NCBI RefSeq assembly: GCF_009834535.1
Contig: NC_045696.1
Span: forward strand, 100,380,001 to 100,444,000
Origin: Camelus ferus
Taxonomy: Eukaryota
Length of the DNA: 64,000 nucleotides
Direction of reading: 5' to 3'
A program made the translations under genes and the position numbers. Under the pieces are notes generated by a model that searched no databases, was not told the origin of the DNA, and saw only the letters and a program-made list of their open reading frames with translations. Shown here in pieces: positions 38,223-49,912 of this stretch (the stretch's first letter is position 1; each line of letters begins with the position of its first letter).

Positions 38223-39315
38223 CTGTCTGTTAGATAGTGAGATGTATCCCATAAGTGGGGATGGATAGGCTTAGATTTGTGACATGGGCCTAGCCATGAG
38301 GGCAACTTGCATTTTGTGAGTCCAGATATACAAATTTCCTTTATTGCAACTCTAGTGTTTATGGATTCCTAAGCCTTAGCCACAGTAAAGAACATCACTT
38401 CCTTGCAGGCCAGGGACATTGGTGAACCTGGGAGCTTTCAGAGAAAAAGACACACAATGCTGAAAAAGGAGAATGAGATAGTATTTCTGGCCCTAGAGAA
38501 CAAACAATAAAAATATCTCTAGTCTTTAGAAAGGTTCCAGACAGAAGTTACACTCTAACCTTAATGTCTTATCACTTTGTTCTGTTAAATATGCCACAAG
38601 AAAAATTAATCATCACTTCTTGTAATAAAGAGACCAAACTAGATCAGAGCATCAAATTAATTACACTGAATCAGAAAGTCATAGAACAGACTTATTTGGC
38701 CAAATGCAGGCATCTAATACAGAATTCTGACCACAGGGAAATTTGGAACGAGTGAAAGTGAGATTTCACAGCTCACCCTCCTCTGACTTGGAGCACCTAT
38801 CAGGTTACTGGAAGACGTCAACTTCTAACAACCTGCATTCTAAGAGCTAATCCACAAATCACAGGGCAATTCTAAAACTTTGACACTCCAAGATAAACTA
38901 AATTATTGTTATTTCCTTATCAAAGGCAGGAAATTTGGTTCTTCATCAAAACAAACCCCAAATTTATTCAATCAGAATTTTGTACACTGTTATTTATTTT
39001 TCAGCTATAATTACAACCTTCACTGATAATATTATGTATAATACTTTATTGCAAATAAAACAAAATAAGACAAATAAACTATACCTCATAGTGATCAAAA
39101 TGTCTATTTTTTTTTTTCTTTTTTCACTCTAGAACCACAAGTGCTTTGAATTTGTAGAAACCTGGTTTACTTCATACCCATGAAAGTAACTTTTGGTGAT
39201 GCATACTTTATAAAGCATACAAATCACCCTCTTTGGTTTTTCCATAAAAGCTGCAAAAATGTAACTTTGTTCCAGACTTTTTTTTTTATAGTTGGCATCA
39301 TTTCTCATATCTTTG

Positions 39316-39347
<32 letters not shown>

Positions 39348-39724
39348 CAGATTTAGACTCTGAGCATATACTGACTCGGGTGGCCTGTTTTATATGAGGT
39401 GATATTTTGGCTTCAGTCTTCTTCATGGCTTTGATCGTGCATTTTTTCCTTTTAAAATAATCTAGTTCATTTGGAATCTGAATGTTTCAAAGACTCAAGG
39501 TTTCTACAGACAGCTTTCCTTTGATTTCAATTTCAGATTTTCTTTTCTTTTTTTGTGACATAAGGTAGGGGTTTTAAACTTAATGCACTTTTTATTTCTT
39601 TTGGCCATCAAAGAAGCAAGCCGGTTTTGTTTGTTTGTTTGTTTGTTTTTATTCCCTGATGGGAAAGAGTCAGCATTTTCTGTTAAGAAAAAGTCAGCAT
39701 TATTGATAAATGTTGTTTTACACA

Positions 39725-40256
39725 TGTCAACCAAAAAAAAAAAAAAAAGAAAAAAGCACAACCTAAAAGTTGAGAATTATGTTTCGTTTTGTGGACATTC
39801 TGAGGACTTCAAGCCCAGGAGGCAACATTTCAGAATAGCTCTGAGGGACTGCCCTGAAGAGGTAAGGGAGGAGCCAGGTTATATATGAGTTTTTACAGCA
39901 AAGACCAGGTAATTGGAACATCCAAAGAATACTGTTAATTAAATAAAACTAGGTATCTCCAAGTTAAGGAATTTAGCCTTTTCTATATATAAGAAGATGC
40001 AAGAATCTGGGCTCATTAAAATCATTCTTTGATATGTACCTTCACTATTAGGGCCAGTATCCCATTCTTTCCCATCCTGAGTCCCCTCAGGATGCACCCT
40101 TAGGGGTGACTGCAGTGGCTGACTGCTTGATGGCAGGCTTCCTGTTTCCATCCTGAGTTCCCTTAGGGCTCACCCTCTAAGAGACTGCAATGTAATGGCT
40201 TGGTGGCTGCAACATCCTTTGTTTACTGATATGGCAGGCAATAGTTTTCATTCACA
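39725..40256 (-). mobile_element. MER41-like (cetartiodactyl) ERV1 solo LTR
   Basis: tgtcaaccaaaa...cacaacctaaaagttgagaattatg...gggaggagccagg...caacatcctttgtttactgatatggcaggc...ttcaca; flanks caca / gaca. Confidence 0.8.
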
Positions 40257-41299
40257 GACACACACAGTTTAAAACTGGTGGAATAGTACTCAGACTAGGA
40301 AAAACTTGAATTATCGCAATTTTAGTCAGAGAATTTATTTACCTTATATTGAATAACATTGGATTTGACTTTTCAGGTTGAAATGCTGAATATAAAATGA
40401 TGTAGATGATGTAAGTATGAAACTTAGCAGATTTAAAAAGCCTAGCATATAAAATATGCCAAATCATAAGAATTAGTTATTATTTGTTGGAATTCTCTTC
40501 TGCTTTAGAGTATTTTTTCATAATCTCCTGATCACAATATTCCACATTAATGTCAGTTTTAGTGATACAGTTGTTTAAGATGTCCTGGAAATGACTTAAA
40601 CTTGGAAAGTTGTTACCAAGAGAATTTAAACCCATGATCAACTCACACTAGAAGAGGTAACTTAGAGGTAAATGACTTTAAACTGACCTTAGGCTACTCT
40701 AGCCTAGAATAAGGGCTTAACTACCCACTAGGACCTCACTTGCTGGGCTCTGTCTTCAGGGATGAAGGTAAAACTGACATGCTTCTGATTTCGCCCGTTT
40801 GCCTCTGCATCTGAAATGTGTACTTTGTTGTTGTGATTCTTAGAAGTTTACAGAAGTATGTCAGACTGATTACTTTCCCCTAAAGAGTATAAATTCACGT
40901 GACTCATCAGAGGAGTGAAGTTCAACAATGATGATTAACTTCTGACTAACCTCTTTCTTCTCCCACCCCATCCCATCTCCTTGCCCACAGGAAACTCAAT
41001 CACCTGTCACCCTGTGGGTGGCAGCTGTAGCATTTTTCCATGAGTAGTTGATTGATGGTTATGATTCAGCACCTGGATGCCAGTCAGTTCCATCTTGGTA
41101 TAAATTGTTAAGGCAAGTGATGTTTCTGCATAAAAATCTCTGCAAGTTTAACTACAAGGACAGCCCTTAAATTGGATTCTTGTCATCTTTCAATAGTAGT
41201 CGCACATTTAATTCTGGGTTGGTTGATTCTTCTGCTCTTTGAGAAATAAATGTTAAGTCCAAACAAAAATACGTTATTTGGCCCAGCACTTTTGACAAC

Positions 41300-41743
41300 T
41301 GAGCAGTCAGGATTCCACCAGAGAAACAGAACCAGTAGGCTATATATAGATAGATTAATTTATCAGAAAATCTTATCAATAGAGAATGAATGGTAAATCT
41401 GTATAACAAACCTTACTTTTGTTAACCACAGTTTTCCTGGTCACCGACCCTCTTCTGTCTTCCCCCACACCCTTCTCTCCTTGGTCTTTAAACTAAAGAT
41501 GGTACTTGAGCCTGAGTTCTAAGCTACCTGTGGGAGTTACTCATTTTTTTCCCTGGGTATCTCCCATGTATACACCAGGTAGATGTGTTAATCAACCTTT
41601 GTTTGTTTTTCTCCTATTAATCTGTCTTTTGTTACAGTGTTCCCCAGCTGAGAATTTAGAAAGTTGAGGGAAAATTATTTTCTTCTCCCCTAAAACTAGG
41701 TGCTACATCCTAGCCAAGTTAACACATAAAACTGACCTTCACA
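41300..41743 (-). mobile_element. MLT2-like ERVL LTR ends enclosing a MER34-like fragment
   Basis: agtcaggattccaccagagaaacagaaccagtagg at left; cctagccaagttaacacataaaactgaccttcaca at right. Confidence 0.75.
41390..41694 (+). mobile_element. MER34-like LTR, 3' part
   Basis: gtttgtttttctcctattaatctgtcttttgttacag...gagggaaaattattttcttctcccctaaa. Confidence 0.75.
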
Positions 41744-41865
41744 ACAATCTTCTTGCCATATTTGGTAACAGAGTACATCAGTAATACAAGTTCATGTTTA
41801 GGTCCAGACTTCTGTGGGTGAAGATCTCAACCAGTGGAACAAAATCTAGAACAAAACCTTACTCA

Positions 41866-41932
41866 CTCTTCCTTTCCTTTCCTTTTTTTTCCTTTCCTTT
41901 CCTTTCCTTTCCTTTCCTTTTCTTTTTTCTTT

Positions 41933-42019
<87 letters not shown>

Positions 42020-42097
42020 CTTCTTTCTTTCTTTCTTTCTTTCTCTTCTTTCTCTTCTTTCTTTCTCTCTTTCTCTCTTTCTCTCTTTCTCTCTTTT
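41866..42097 (+). repeat. Compound (CCTTT)n/(TTTC)n/(TC)n microsatellite; 232-bp pure pyrimidine tract
   Basis: No purine on the + strand between 41866 and 42097. Confidence 0.98.
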
Positions 42098-42125
42098 GCT
42101 TATTTAGTACTTATTATGTACTTGG

Positions 42126-42682
42126 TATAGAGGAGGAAGAGTAATTTTCCCTATACTCTTCTAGATTCTTGGCTGAGACATCCCTGCAATAAAAGACAGA
42201 TTAACAAGAGAGAAAAACAAACAGAAGCTTAAAAAACGTGTAGACCTCATGTTTATGCAGGGGATATGCAGGAAAACTGAGTCAAACTCTCTGAAATGGC
42301 CCAAACAAGCACCTTAATTACTACCTCCAGTAAAAGACAAAAGAAAGATGTTGGGGGATAAAGGGGGGCAGTTAAGGGAAGTTGTCAGGAAAACCACAGT
42401 AAACAAAGGTAAGATTGTTATACAGACTTAAATTCCTGCCTTCTCCACAGATAAAAGAGTTTATCATGATTTAGAGTATCCTTTTCTTCCTGTTACAGAG
42501 ATGGAGACACAAATGGAGATTTCCTTTATAGGTGGAAATTTCCCCTGCAAAAAGGTAACATCTACTCTGTTTTCAGAGCTTCTCCTATGTCTCCTGTCTC
42601 TACTGTTTCTTAAAAATAATCAGCTCAGAAATAATCTTTATGGGAAAGAGACATATTTGGGGGTGACACAGTTACTTTTCAC
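42126..42682 (-). mobile_element. MER34-like ERV1 solo LTR inserted in a MIR
   Basis: aataaaagacagattaacaagagagaaaaacaaac...cagctcagaaataatctttatg...gagacatatttgggggtg; MIR continues across it (tatgtacttgg | caggcatt). Confidence 0.82.
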
Positions 42683-42897
42683 AGGCATTTTTCTGCACAC
42701 ATTGTAACTAATAATTAACATTGTAACTAGTTAATTATTTAAGTAACGTAATAATGCCTCGAGATCAGTTCTCTTATTAGTCCTGTTTTACATATTGAGG
42801 TACAGAGAGGCTGAGCAACTTGCCTAAGATGTGGAACCAAAATTGCATATAGAGTCTGGCTGCAGAGTGAATGCACTTAACCACTATACCATGCTGT
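42683..42897 (-). mobile_element. MIR SINE (remainder after the LTR insertion)
   Basis: cctgttttacatattgaggtacagagaggctgagcaacttgcctaag...gtctggctgcagagtgaatgcacttaaccactatacc. Confidence 0.8.
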
Positions 42898-44049
42898 CCT
42901 TTGTGGTTCCAGATGGATTCCAGTTTCTTAAGAAATTGGGTTTATGTGGAGATTGAGGAAATATTTATTTCTAGTAATCTGTCTTATGAAGAAACTAAAA
43001 AATATTTCCTTAAATACTGAACTCACATAGTCAGCATGGTATCAGTTCAGTTCTGTTCAGGCATTCTCCCCATATTATCACCTTGACTCCCAGATTATAT
43101 TCATTATAGCTGTTTGAGGTTTGGTGCTATTTGATGAAGCTTCATATCTGAGTTTTGATCAGCACTTGTCACCTGTTACCATTGCTCCAACAGTCTCATA
43201 GTCATGGAAGACTGTGCTTTAGCCTCAGGTCTAACTAAGCTAGTTTAACCTAGCTTAATTAGAGGCTCAGCTAATTATCATATCTTAGGTCAACATCTTA
43301 TATAACAAGTTTCCTTCATCTCTCACATATGTGTTATATATAAAGTATTCTAGGCAACACCTTTTTTCCTGTGTACAAGTATGGACGTTCAATAGAGAAA
43401 AAGTAGTTTTATGATGTACCAGCATTCTTCCAGAAGAGTCCTAGACCAGGAGACGTGTTTGAGGGACAAGTCCATGATTTCCACTGATTTAGACATAAGC
43501 AGAATCTTTTCTTCACTTAATGTAAACTTCCTCTGGGGAGGCTCCTCATTTACTCATGAAGACAGACTCTGGTGGTTTGGTCTCATGGGGTGTTGGTCAC
43601 TGAACAATTTTGTTAACTGGGAGATGTCTGTTTTTGAGATTATGAGAGAAATGATTAGCTTAGAGATCAGGTCAGAGAATGGCTTTCACGTAGAGCACAG
43701 AAGAGGGCGCCTCAAACAAAGTTTTTATGAATTAGTGTAATCTTAGGAAGCAAAGAAGAACAAAGCAAAACAAACAAACAAAAAAACCAAGATGAGAATT
43801 TAGGTTGAAAAATAAATGGGAGAAAAAATGTGGGAAATAGGAAGAATTAACAGAAAGAAATAAAATTTTGCTGGTCTACAATATTGTTTCCATAGGAGTT
43901 ATACTAGTAAAGGATGTAAGACTGAAGGCCAATCCTAAGAAAAGATATTTAGGTGAGAAAATGGACAGTACGGAGATGTTTTTGGGGAGAGTTTGTGCTA
44001 CTGTTATTGTTTACTTACTTATAGGTTTGGGGAGAAATATAGAAAAGTA

Positions 44050-44650
44050 AAAGAAGAAATTATCCACAATTCCACTATTCTAAATCACTTTTAATATTTT
44101 TTGACTTTTATTCCAAAGTTCTTTCAAGGATTTTACAAAATATTTTTCCTTGAGTGTAAAATGCCATTAATTACAAAAGCATAATTAATTTAATAATACA
44201 TTTCCAGAAAACAAAATTTTAAAATGACCATTTTTAAAGTACACAAATGAATAGATGTACTGGATAAAGATATGTGGTAATTGTGGTCATAATTTATATG
44301 TATTTTGAATCCTGTCCTGTTCAATTAACATTTATAGAATAATAAATTTTCATAGTAATAGAAGCTCATAATAGACCTTATTTTAACAGCTGTTCATAAT
44401 TCTACCTTGTGGATTTACTATATTTATTTAACCTTCTACCATTGTTGGCATGTTGTTTGATTCCAGTTACAAATAACTCTCCAATGGATATATTTGTGTA
44501 TGAATTATTTTTTTATTTTAGGTTAGTCTCTCAAGATGAATTCGTGGTAGTAGCATAATCAGGTTGAAGAATAAGAAAATATTTATGATATTTAAGGTCC
44601 ATTGCCAAATAGCTTTCTAAAAGAATTTATAACAAAGTTTTATAACAATG
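44050..44650 (-). mobile_element. L1ME-like 3' fragment
   Basis: atccacaattccactattc...ttctaccttgtggatttactatatttatttaacc...ttgccaaatagctttctaaaag. Confidence 0.6.
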
Positions 44651-45359
44651 CCTAATGGGAGACTTTTTAAAAATGTATCAATTTGTTTCTCAAATTGTGT
44701 AGGGATCTTCCTAGCAAGACATGATATGATGAGGACATTGAAACTCTCTTTTGTAATTAAAAGAGACTACACTTAGAAAAGCTAAATTTAGGTCCTAGTT
44801 TTGCCACATCTCTGTGACCTTGAACATCATTTAACATTTTTCCAGCTTTTCCATCTGTAATACAGAAGTAAGTTTTTTTCTGCCTGGTTTATAGAGCACT
44901 ATACTAATCAAATACTTGAAAGGATTTTGGATTTATCATTATTAATTCAAATAGAACAAAACAATATAGTTTTATAATATAGTATAGCATAGATACTAAT
45001 CCATGCCCTGGGAATGGGAAAGTTTGATATTAAACTTAGATCATCAGAGATATTTGGTTTATTTTGGACTGTGTCAGAAAAAAAATAAATCTGTGTTACT
45101 TGAGGACTTTGGACTGATTCCACTTTTTTACATAATGCCAAATTTTGTTCACTCATATCTCTAATACTGTATTATTTTATCAATTCCAGTATATGGCAGA
45201 ACTGCTTAGATTCATACTGGGGAATCCAATTGTGTAATAATGTGGAAAGGGGAAATCCTGTTATCTAATTGGTAGGAACTTTTAATTTGTGTGTGGGAAC
45301 GAGGAGAAGGAAAGAATTATAGCTAGGTATAAGTGAAAGCCAAAGATAAGTTATATGTA

Positions 45360-45847
45360 TGTAGGGCAAACATTTTTTTTTCTTCTTCCTTTTTAGGTTT
45401 TTTGGCTGGTCTAATAATTACACTGATATAAGACAAATTAACAAGGGAAAAATACATTTTATTATGTACATACAGGAATCCCACAAATACACGAGATTCA
45501 AAGACAGTCAGGCAACTGAGGCTCATATGTCATTCTGAGCTAAGGAATGAGATAGGGACCTGGGGCTTCAAAGGGAAGGAGGGTCATTCACAGGACAATG
45601 AGAAGATGAGATGCTTGGCAATTAGATGTTTGCCCTGCCATACAGATAAGTCTCTTAGATTAAAAAAACTATCTCTAGTGCTAATAGCTCTCTTTCCGGT
45701 ACATGTCTCCTGTCTAAATTTTTTTAGGCAGTTAAGGGAGAGGTACAAATGTTGTTCTGAGTCTGCTGGGTCTTGACTGCCTTCAGCTCAAAATAATCCA
45801 CATGTTAAAGTAGCATATTTTGGGGTAACATGTCCCACTCCCCTTCA
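45360..45847 (-). mobile_element. MER34-like ERV1 solo LTR
   Basis: tgtagggc...ataagacaaattaacaaggg...gccttcagctcaaaataatcc...gcatattttggggtaacatg...cccttca. Confidence 0.85.
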
Positions 45848-47329
45848 CATGTCAGGTAAAAAAAAAAAATGAGCACTATGATTGAGAAGAGGAGATGCTT
45901 TACATGTGAGAAGGAAAGGCAGGTTAGCATCATCCATTTAAATTGCCTCTTATGTTTGATTTTTCAAATTACTGAAAACCAAATGATGGTAAAGAAATAA
46001 GCAGCTGGGTGAGATTCCATGATCTGGACCAAAACAGCAAAGAGAATGATGAGCTTGTACAACTGGGGTTAGTGAGAATGAATCTTCAGTCTGAAGAGAA
46101 TGAAATGTGGGGAGAAAGGGTCCCTGTGGGGTAGGGGTGAGAACAGTGAGGATGAAAACAAGCGACGTACTTGAGGTGACACAGGACGGGCAGCAAGAAT
46201 ACAGCAGATAGAAGAGGGTTCTTGCTAAAGAAAGGAGACTGAATTTTAAAGTCTGAGGAAGTGGTACTGTTTGAAGTCCACAGAAGGAGAAAGGAATGTG
46301 GTAGAGAACGTCGGGAGATTGCAATAGGAAAGACCTAGCAGAACAGAAATTAATAGACTAGTATAGGTAGAACCTAAGCAGAAAACATGACACAATAGAA
46401 TAGAGGAAACACAGAAGCTGAATTAAAAACAAAATAAAAGTATATTATTGGGGCATGGGAAACATCCCATCAAAAATCAAAAGGCTGGATATTTAATTAT
46501 TAAACTTTAAAAGAAAAAAAAAAGGAAATGGCTTTAATGCAAGGCAACTAGGTAAGAAAATACCTGGATATGAAGAACAAAATTTATTTTCTCTGAAGAG
46601 ACAGTATTGGGGGATTTTACATTTATTACTAGAGAAAGAACTTACTAGAAGCTAGCCACAGTTTTCGTGAACACTTCCCATGAATATGCAAAAGAAACAT
46701 ACCATGGAGGATGTAGGGTATATGTTCATGGAGGTTCATCTTAGGAGAAGGTAAACAGATTTATGAGTGTATAAGTCACCCTGTGGAAGTTTATAGTGCC
46801 ATATTCAGAAGGAAGAGGAAACACTGAAGGGACATATCTCTCTGTGTTAATTATAATCTGCCAGAAAAATCTGTTGGTCAAAAGGGAACCAAAGGAGCAC
46901 AGGAGAGTGTGACCATATAACCTTAGGAATCATGATCCTGAATGGGAACAGCCAAGTGGGTTCTGGACATTAGGCAAAGTACCTTAAGAAAATTCACTAT
47001 GAGTGACAGGACATGTATACAGGAGAAAAAGAGACATTTAATCCAAGGCAAGCACAAAAGCCCTGCGTGAACCGTTGAGAGAGTGTGCCAGTGATGAAGC
47101 TGTTGTCTCTCAGTCTCAAGCCCTCTCTGTGTACGCAGGATGAGGTGCTGGGTTGAGCCTCTGCAGAGCACACTGCTGCCTTGCCAGCTGCTCCCTGCTG
47201 GTCTCCAGCCATGGGGGCCCCAGGAGGACACACAGGCCTGGCGGAAGGAGAAGGGGTGTTCTGCTCTCTGTGGGCTTGTATATATATTCACTATTCCTGT
47301 AAGCATCACACCAGCAATGCTTTCCATCC

Positions 47330-47640
47330 CAGGAGAGGCAGCGCTTTCCAAGAGCAGCATCTGAGTCCAGTTTGCAGTTTTCCTCTCTCTTGCACAACCA
47401 GCTTCAGCCTGTCCCCCAGAGACATCAGCATCAGTCTGCCGGCACCCCCTCCGCAGAAGTCTGAGTCCCATCTTCAAGCCTCTAGGCCGTAACAGTGCCA
47501 ACCTTTCCCCTTTGCTCCCCTTCCCCTAGGGATGGTCATTGTTTCAGGGTTGCTACTTTCATCCTAAATTTGTGTACCTTTTTGACCCTTTCCTAATTCT
47601 GAAGCATCTGATGAGTTAATTTTGTTTAAAAAAAAAAAAA
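47330..47640 (+). mobile_element. LTR33-like ERVL LTR fragment
   Basis: cttcaagcctctagg...ccaacctttcccctttgctcccttcccctagggatggtcattgtttcagggttgctac. Confidence 0.5.
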
Positions 47641-47939
47641 GATAGCTAAGGTTAAGTATTAAGAGTTCTTTGTAATAATCAGCATATTAAATATCTTAGG
47701 GACTCTGTTAGCTCTACTGATTATAAAAGATACAGCAGACTCAACATGACAGAAAGAGACCTTTTCAATGAGCCATTTTACTTAAAAAACAACTTTAAAT
47801 TGAAAGGACAGCACAAATACATTAGTAAGGGAATTGAAGCTTACAGGGATGAGGAAATAATAGAAACTCAAGAGACTTTAGGTAAAAATAAGATAGGCAA
47901 ACAAAGGAAAGACATCATATTAAGTAGGCTATAGGGAGG

Positions 47940-48805
47940 CAGTAGGTGTTGACATGATTTTAATAAAAACTGACAATCCAAACAACCTTGAGCACCTTTC
48001 CCCCGGTTACAAAATGTGTACAGTCTGTAAACCCATACACAGATCAGAGATTTCAAAAGTAAAAAAAAAAATATGAGGACACAGTCATAGACATTACATA
48101 AATGGTCCAACAAGTTAATTGGAGAAAGTCTCTGCTGATATCTTTGTGAAGAAGTTAGAAAGAGGAGAAATGAATAATTGTATCATCAGGTGGATGTGTA
48201 CTGGGTTAAATTTCCAGGGGCAAAGTTACTGACGAAAGGGTCAGTGACAAGCAGTAAAGCCCCCAGTGCTGTTTCACAGGCTCTACCTTGGTTTTGTCCT
48301 AGTCCACATTTCATTTTAAATCAATGATGTCAATTCCTTCCTGTCAAAGACTGCCAGCAACATAGCTATAGTTGAAAAAGTTTGATTTATTATCAGTTGC
48401 AGTTGCGGGAGAATGCTTATTTATGGGGAATTCTGGTATAAGATTTGGGTTTTGGCTGAGTCATTCTGGGGAGGGTCTAAGGAAATGGGGCTTTGAATGC
48501 TGTCAAGAAGCAGGGATATTTCTATGATTGGTACCTCAATCACTCATATTAGGCAGGAAAGAAGGAAGTTTGGTATTTTGTAGGTTACACCATGATCTTG
48601 AGTTGTGTCACTTTATCAGACTGTCAGAGTGACTTTGATGTTGCTGTTCTGTAAGATGGTTTCTGTTCAATAAGAGAACAACACAGCTTAGCTGTGAGCA
48701 TCAGACCAGGATATTAGGGGCCTCTTTCCTCTCGCTCAGTGATTTATTTAGGTAAGTACTTAGGAGGCAACTTAATCAAATTTGTAGATGATATCAAGTT
48801 GAAAA
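47940..48805 (+). pseudogene. L3/CR1 reverse-transcriptase fossil, interrupted by an LTR
   Basis: 48772-48801 translates LIKFVDDIKL (CR1 FADD motif); upstream pieces resemble HGF..KSCQTNL, DILV.K and SGVPQGS..LGPVLF.IFIND. Confidence 0.75.
48328..48738 (-). mobile_element. Old solo LTR inserted in the CR1 fossil
   Basis: TG..CA ends, minus-strand AATAAA (gatttattat), flanks atga / gtga; CR1 reading continues across it. Confidence 0.65.
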
Positions 48806-48954
48806 AAGATAGTCAGTCACAATTAAAAATGAAAAGAAAAAGCAAAGACAACATGGACTCTAGAGATAAAATGTGTGTTAGAGGACATAAAATACAAATT
48901 AGCCTTTTATAAATGAGAAGACAAAGGCCTAATGCAATTAATGACTTACCCAAG

Positions 48955-49635
48955 CGTAAGGGCAAACAAATTAAAAATAAGAAACTTAATTCTTCCTGTT
49001 GAGATTAACTGAAGAGACTTCCCCTCCTCCCCTTTTCTTAGAGCATTCACTTCAGAAAATTTGTAAGTTCTTTTTTTCTTTTTGAAATGCATGTGAATCT
49101 TTTTAAAAGCTGAGTAAGCCTCTTGCCAGCTTTACGACCCAGGATGGTCTTTCTCTAGGACCTGAGAGCCATCTCTTTGAAATGTAATAACCAAGGATGA
49201 TCTTGACCCTAATTCCCAGTTTCTGTCGGTGGCTAGGAGCCTCACATCAAGTTACAAAATAACTTCCTGTCATACAGATATAAGAATTTTTTTTTCTTTT
49301 GGTTAAAGTCGCTTAGCCATCATAGATGGTCACCTCAATTATCAGGTAAATTTCAGATGAACTACATGTGACAAATGGTGTGTCAAGTCCTCTTTCTTGA
49401 GGACCAGTTCAAGTTTATCTTGAGACTATGTGTGTAAAGGTTTGTATCTGCTTGGCTACAGAAAAGAGTGAGATTTCTTTGTCTTGGCATTGTCCTTAAC
49501 AGATTTCCTGTGATGCATATCACATTCTGGTTTAACGCTTACTCAATAATAATGTTGTTTTCTTTCTCTTCTGCCTTTGTGGAGAAGTTTCCTGGGTTGG
49601 GAGGATATTTTGTTTTTTATTATATTTCCCCAACA
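48955..49635 (+). mobile_element. ERV1 (MER4-group) solo LTR inserted in a MIR core
   Basis: Ends ...ttccccaaca; perfect 4-bp TSD caag (48951-48954 / 49636-49639); the MIR reads gacttaccCAAG | CAAGgtcacag. Confidence 0.88.
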
Positions 49636-49912
49636 CAAGGTCACAGGACAGTGACAAAGATGGAATTGTTATGCAATCACCAGTTCAGAGTTTTTCCAGT
49701 AAATCACCCTACTATTAACTGAAGAATACCTATTTAGATGTACATGGTCACCATTTTGAAAGTATGCAAAAGATGAGCTGAAACTAGGAATATTAATAAG
49801 GATAAGTGTAAAACACTTATTTGGTTCAAAGGACATAATGCATTTCTTAGGTTGCAACTGCATTCAAATGTGTCAAATAGTAAGGAGAAAATTAATTCAA
49901 AGTTCTAGAGAG

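Noticed and set aside
41794..42144. Hydrophobic FFLS-repeat ORFs
   Set aside because: They are translations of the (TTTC)n microsatellite.
46923..47501. Longest ORF (192 aa, minus strand) and overlapping ORFs in a GC-richer patch
   Set aside because: No recognisable domain, non-ATG start, ORFs open in several frames on both strands, and overlap with an LTR33-like remnant; explained by local GC content.
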